Assembly: GCA_002633005.1 (NCBI GenBank)
Contig: NMRA01000740.1
Span: 1 to 35,975, forward strand
DNA: 35,975 bases
Reading direction: 5' to 3'
Origin: Phoronis australis
Lineage: Eukaryota; Animalia; Phoronida
The position numbers and the translations under genes are program-made. Shown here one piece after another: positions 35,830 to 35,975 of this stretch; the stretch's first letter is position 1; each line of letters opens with the position of its first letter. The notes beneath the pieces were generated by a model. It was given only the letters and a program-made list of their open reading frames with translations, did not search any database and had not been told where the DNA came from.

Positions 35830-35915
35830 CGAATTATTCCACTTCAAAGTTATGATCTGAATAGGATTCGATTTAACTCTCACAGATATACCGCATTCAT
35901 CGATTCGGAAGTTTT
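35830..35915 (-). CDS. Possible CUB N-terminal exon; 5' boundary uncertain
   Basis: Strong phase-0 donor TCG|gtgagt matches the next exon; the frame reads NFRIDECGISVRVKSNPIQIITLKWNNS. Only weak acceptors lie downstream of an in-frame TGA. Confidence 0.35.
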
Positions 35916-35975
35916 CTTTAATTTGTGCCGAGTTATTTCAAATGTGCACTGCCTTCGGCAGCCATTTTATTGTGA

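Noticed and set aside
35950-35970. aaaATGGCTGCC as the gene's start codon
   Set aside because: The frame stops after 10 codons and encodes no signal peptide. It could be a YY1-like motif, but this cannot be supported at the window edge.

Overview
Eukaryotic (invertebrate animal-type, AT-rich, GT-AG introns) genomic DNA. One multi-exon gene runs across the whole window on the minus strand and is open at both ends. In transcript order it has CUB-domain exons (about 35.9-33.5 kb), a Ser/Thr/Pro-rich linker exon, a probable 42-nt mini-exon, two unique thrombospondin type-1 (TSP1) exons (about 22 kb), and then a tandem array (1 to about 13.2 kb, continuing off the window start) of about 1.11-kb exon+intron units. 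Each unit carries an intact 174-nt phase 1-1 TSP1 exon; nine are visible and all encode different peptides. The array is mosaic, consistent with unequal exchange or gene conversion, and holds two single-unit insertions. The first is a young, internally deleted Kolobok-type DNA transposon (154-bp TIRs, TTAA duplication, THAP transposase convergent with a Cys-rich KolX/P2X7-ballast-like ORF). The second is a non-autonomous Helentron-like element about 30 nt from a splice acceptor. The larger introns contain decayed TEs (BEL/Pao pol, a THAP-bearing ISL2EU-like element, LINE relics, a tRNA-SINE, MITEs), hairpins and microsatellites. All family assignments come from motif recognition by eye; no searches were run and the organism cannot be identified.
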